From Spirochaetaceae bacterium (GTDB taxonomy: Bacteria > Spirochaetota > Spirochaetia > DSM-2461), in contig JAOPTT010000001.1 in NCBI GenBank assembly GCA_051531975.1, forward strand, positions 32,001 through 96,000: a stretch of DNA of 64,000 nucleotides, given 5' to 3'. Below are positions 63,544-64,000 of this stretch, one piece after another. The notes under the pieces were generated by a model. It worked only from the letters and a program-made list of their open reading frames with translations, was not told where the DNA came from and did not search any database. A program made the position numbers and the translations under genes. Every line of letters begins with the position of its first letter. Position 1 is the stretch's first letter.

Positions 63544-64000
63544 CTACTTTAATTTAACTCTTGGATCTAAAAGAGCTGTAAATAGATCTACTAAAAAACT
63601 TGCGAGAAGAACTGCAAATACAGAAAATAATGCAATCATCATTACTAATGGATAATTTTGACCTCTTACAGCAACAATAAATTCGTTACCTATTCCAGGC
63701 CACTGAAATATCTGTTCGATTACAACTGCTCCACCAATTAGTGTTGGTAGTCTAAATCCAACTAAAACTATTACAGGAGTCAATGCAACTCTAAAACCAT
63801 GAACAAGGTTTACTCTCCACGCTGGAAGACCTTTACTTCTGGCAGTTTTGATATATTCTTTATTTAATGAATCCAGCATACTGGATCTTGAATAACGCAT
63901 TACACCTGCTGTCAAAGTAGACGCTAGTACTAATGCTGGCATAACTAGATGTGGTAATCGGTCTAAAAAGGTATTGTAATGAGGCAATATTCGACCTCCT
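63544..64000 (-). CDS. oppB: Peptide/nickel-type ABC permease (OppB-like), 5' end outside the window
   Basis: HLVMPAL, YIKTARSKGL, EQIFQWPGIG, LDPRV. Confidence 0.88.
   Translation of the reverse strand, partial: GGRILPHYNTFLDRLPHLVMPALVLASTLTAGVMRYSRSSMLDSLNKEYIKTARSKGLPAWRVNLVHGFRVALTPVIVLVGFRLPTLIGGAVVIEQIFQWPGIGNEFIVAVRGQNYPLVMMIALFSVFAVLLASFLVDLFTALLDPRVKLK

Noticed and set aside
1..64000. tRNA, rRNA or riboswitch genes
   Set aside because: No recognisable signatures found by eye; a covariance-model scan (tRNAscan-SE, Rfam) was not possible

Overview
AT-rich bacterial chromosome segment. Spirochaetaceae-like: several substrate-binding proteins have the 'LFxNGxKE' signal-peptide style (an inference). 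Core regions: (1) 1-9.9 kb: ribokinase, a TolC/MFP/RND efflux operon with a P-II-like gene and an OmpR-type two-component system, and an AAA+/DUF4143 ATPase preceded by three 12-bp repeats at an exact 33-bp period. (2) 28.6-41 kb: a block of sensory kinases. (3) 41-64 kb: a carbohydrate locus with a sulfatase, a PIG-L deacetylase, two paralogous sugar ABC + AraC modules, NanA-like and NanQ-like genes and an Opp-type ABC transporter. An accessory island at ~10.0-28.5 kb holds the most interesting material. It contains a decayed 3-kb Tn3-family element (internal deletion in tnpA, tyrosine-recombinase stub, no target duplication) and four co-oriented candidate anti-phage genes (TPR-DUF2971, NERD-like nuclease, HsdR_N-like nuclease, HEPN). 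It also has a serine recombinase whose crossover-like site and 5' end recur inverted 5.5 kb away. Between these two copies is an array of probable orphan immunity genes. That array includes two inverted cassettes sharing a ~155-bp leader (dif-like 28-mer plus a mini-ORF ending in the RHS core motif NNPINxxDPTG) and a ~35-bp trailer, with toxin domains apparently deleted. A pseudogenised DUF1778/GNAT toxin-antitoxin pair lies near the island's right end. All family assignments come from motif recognition, not database searches.
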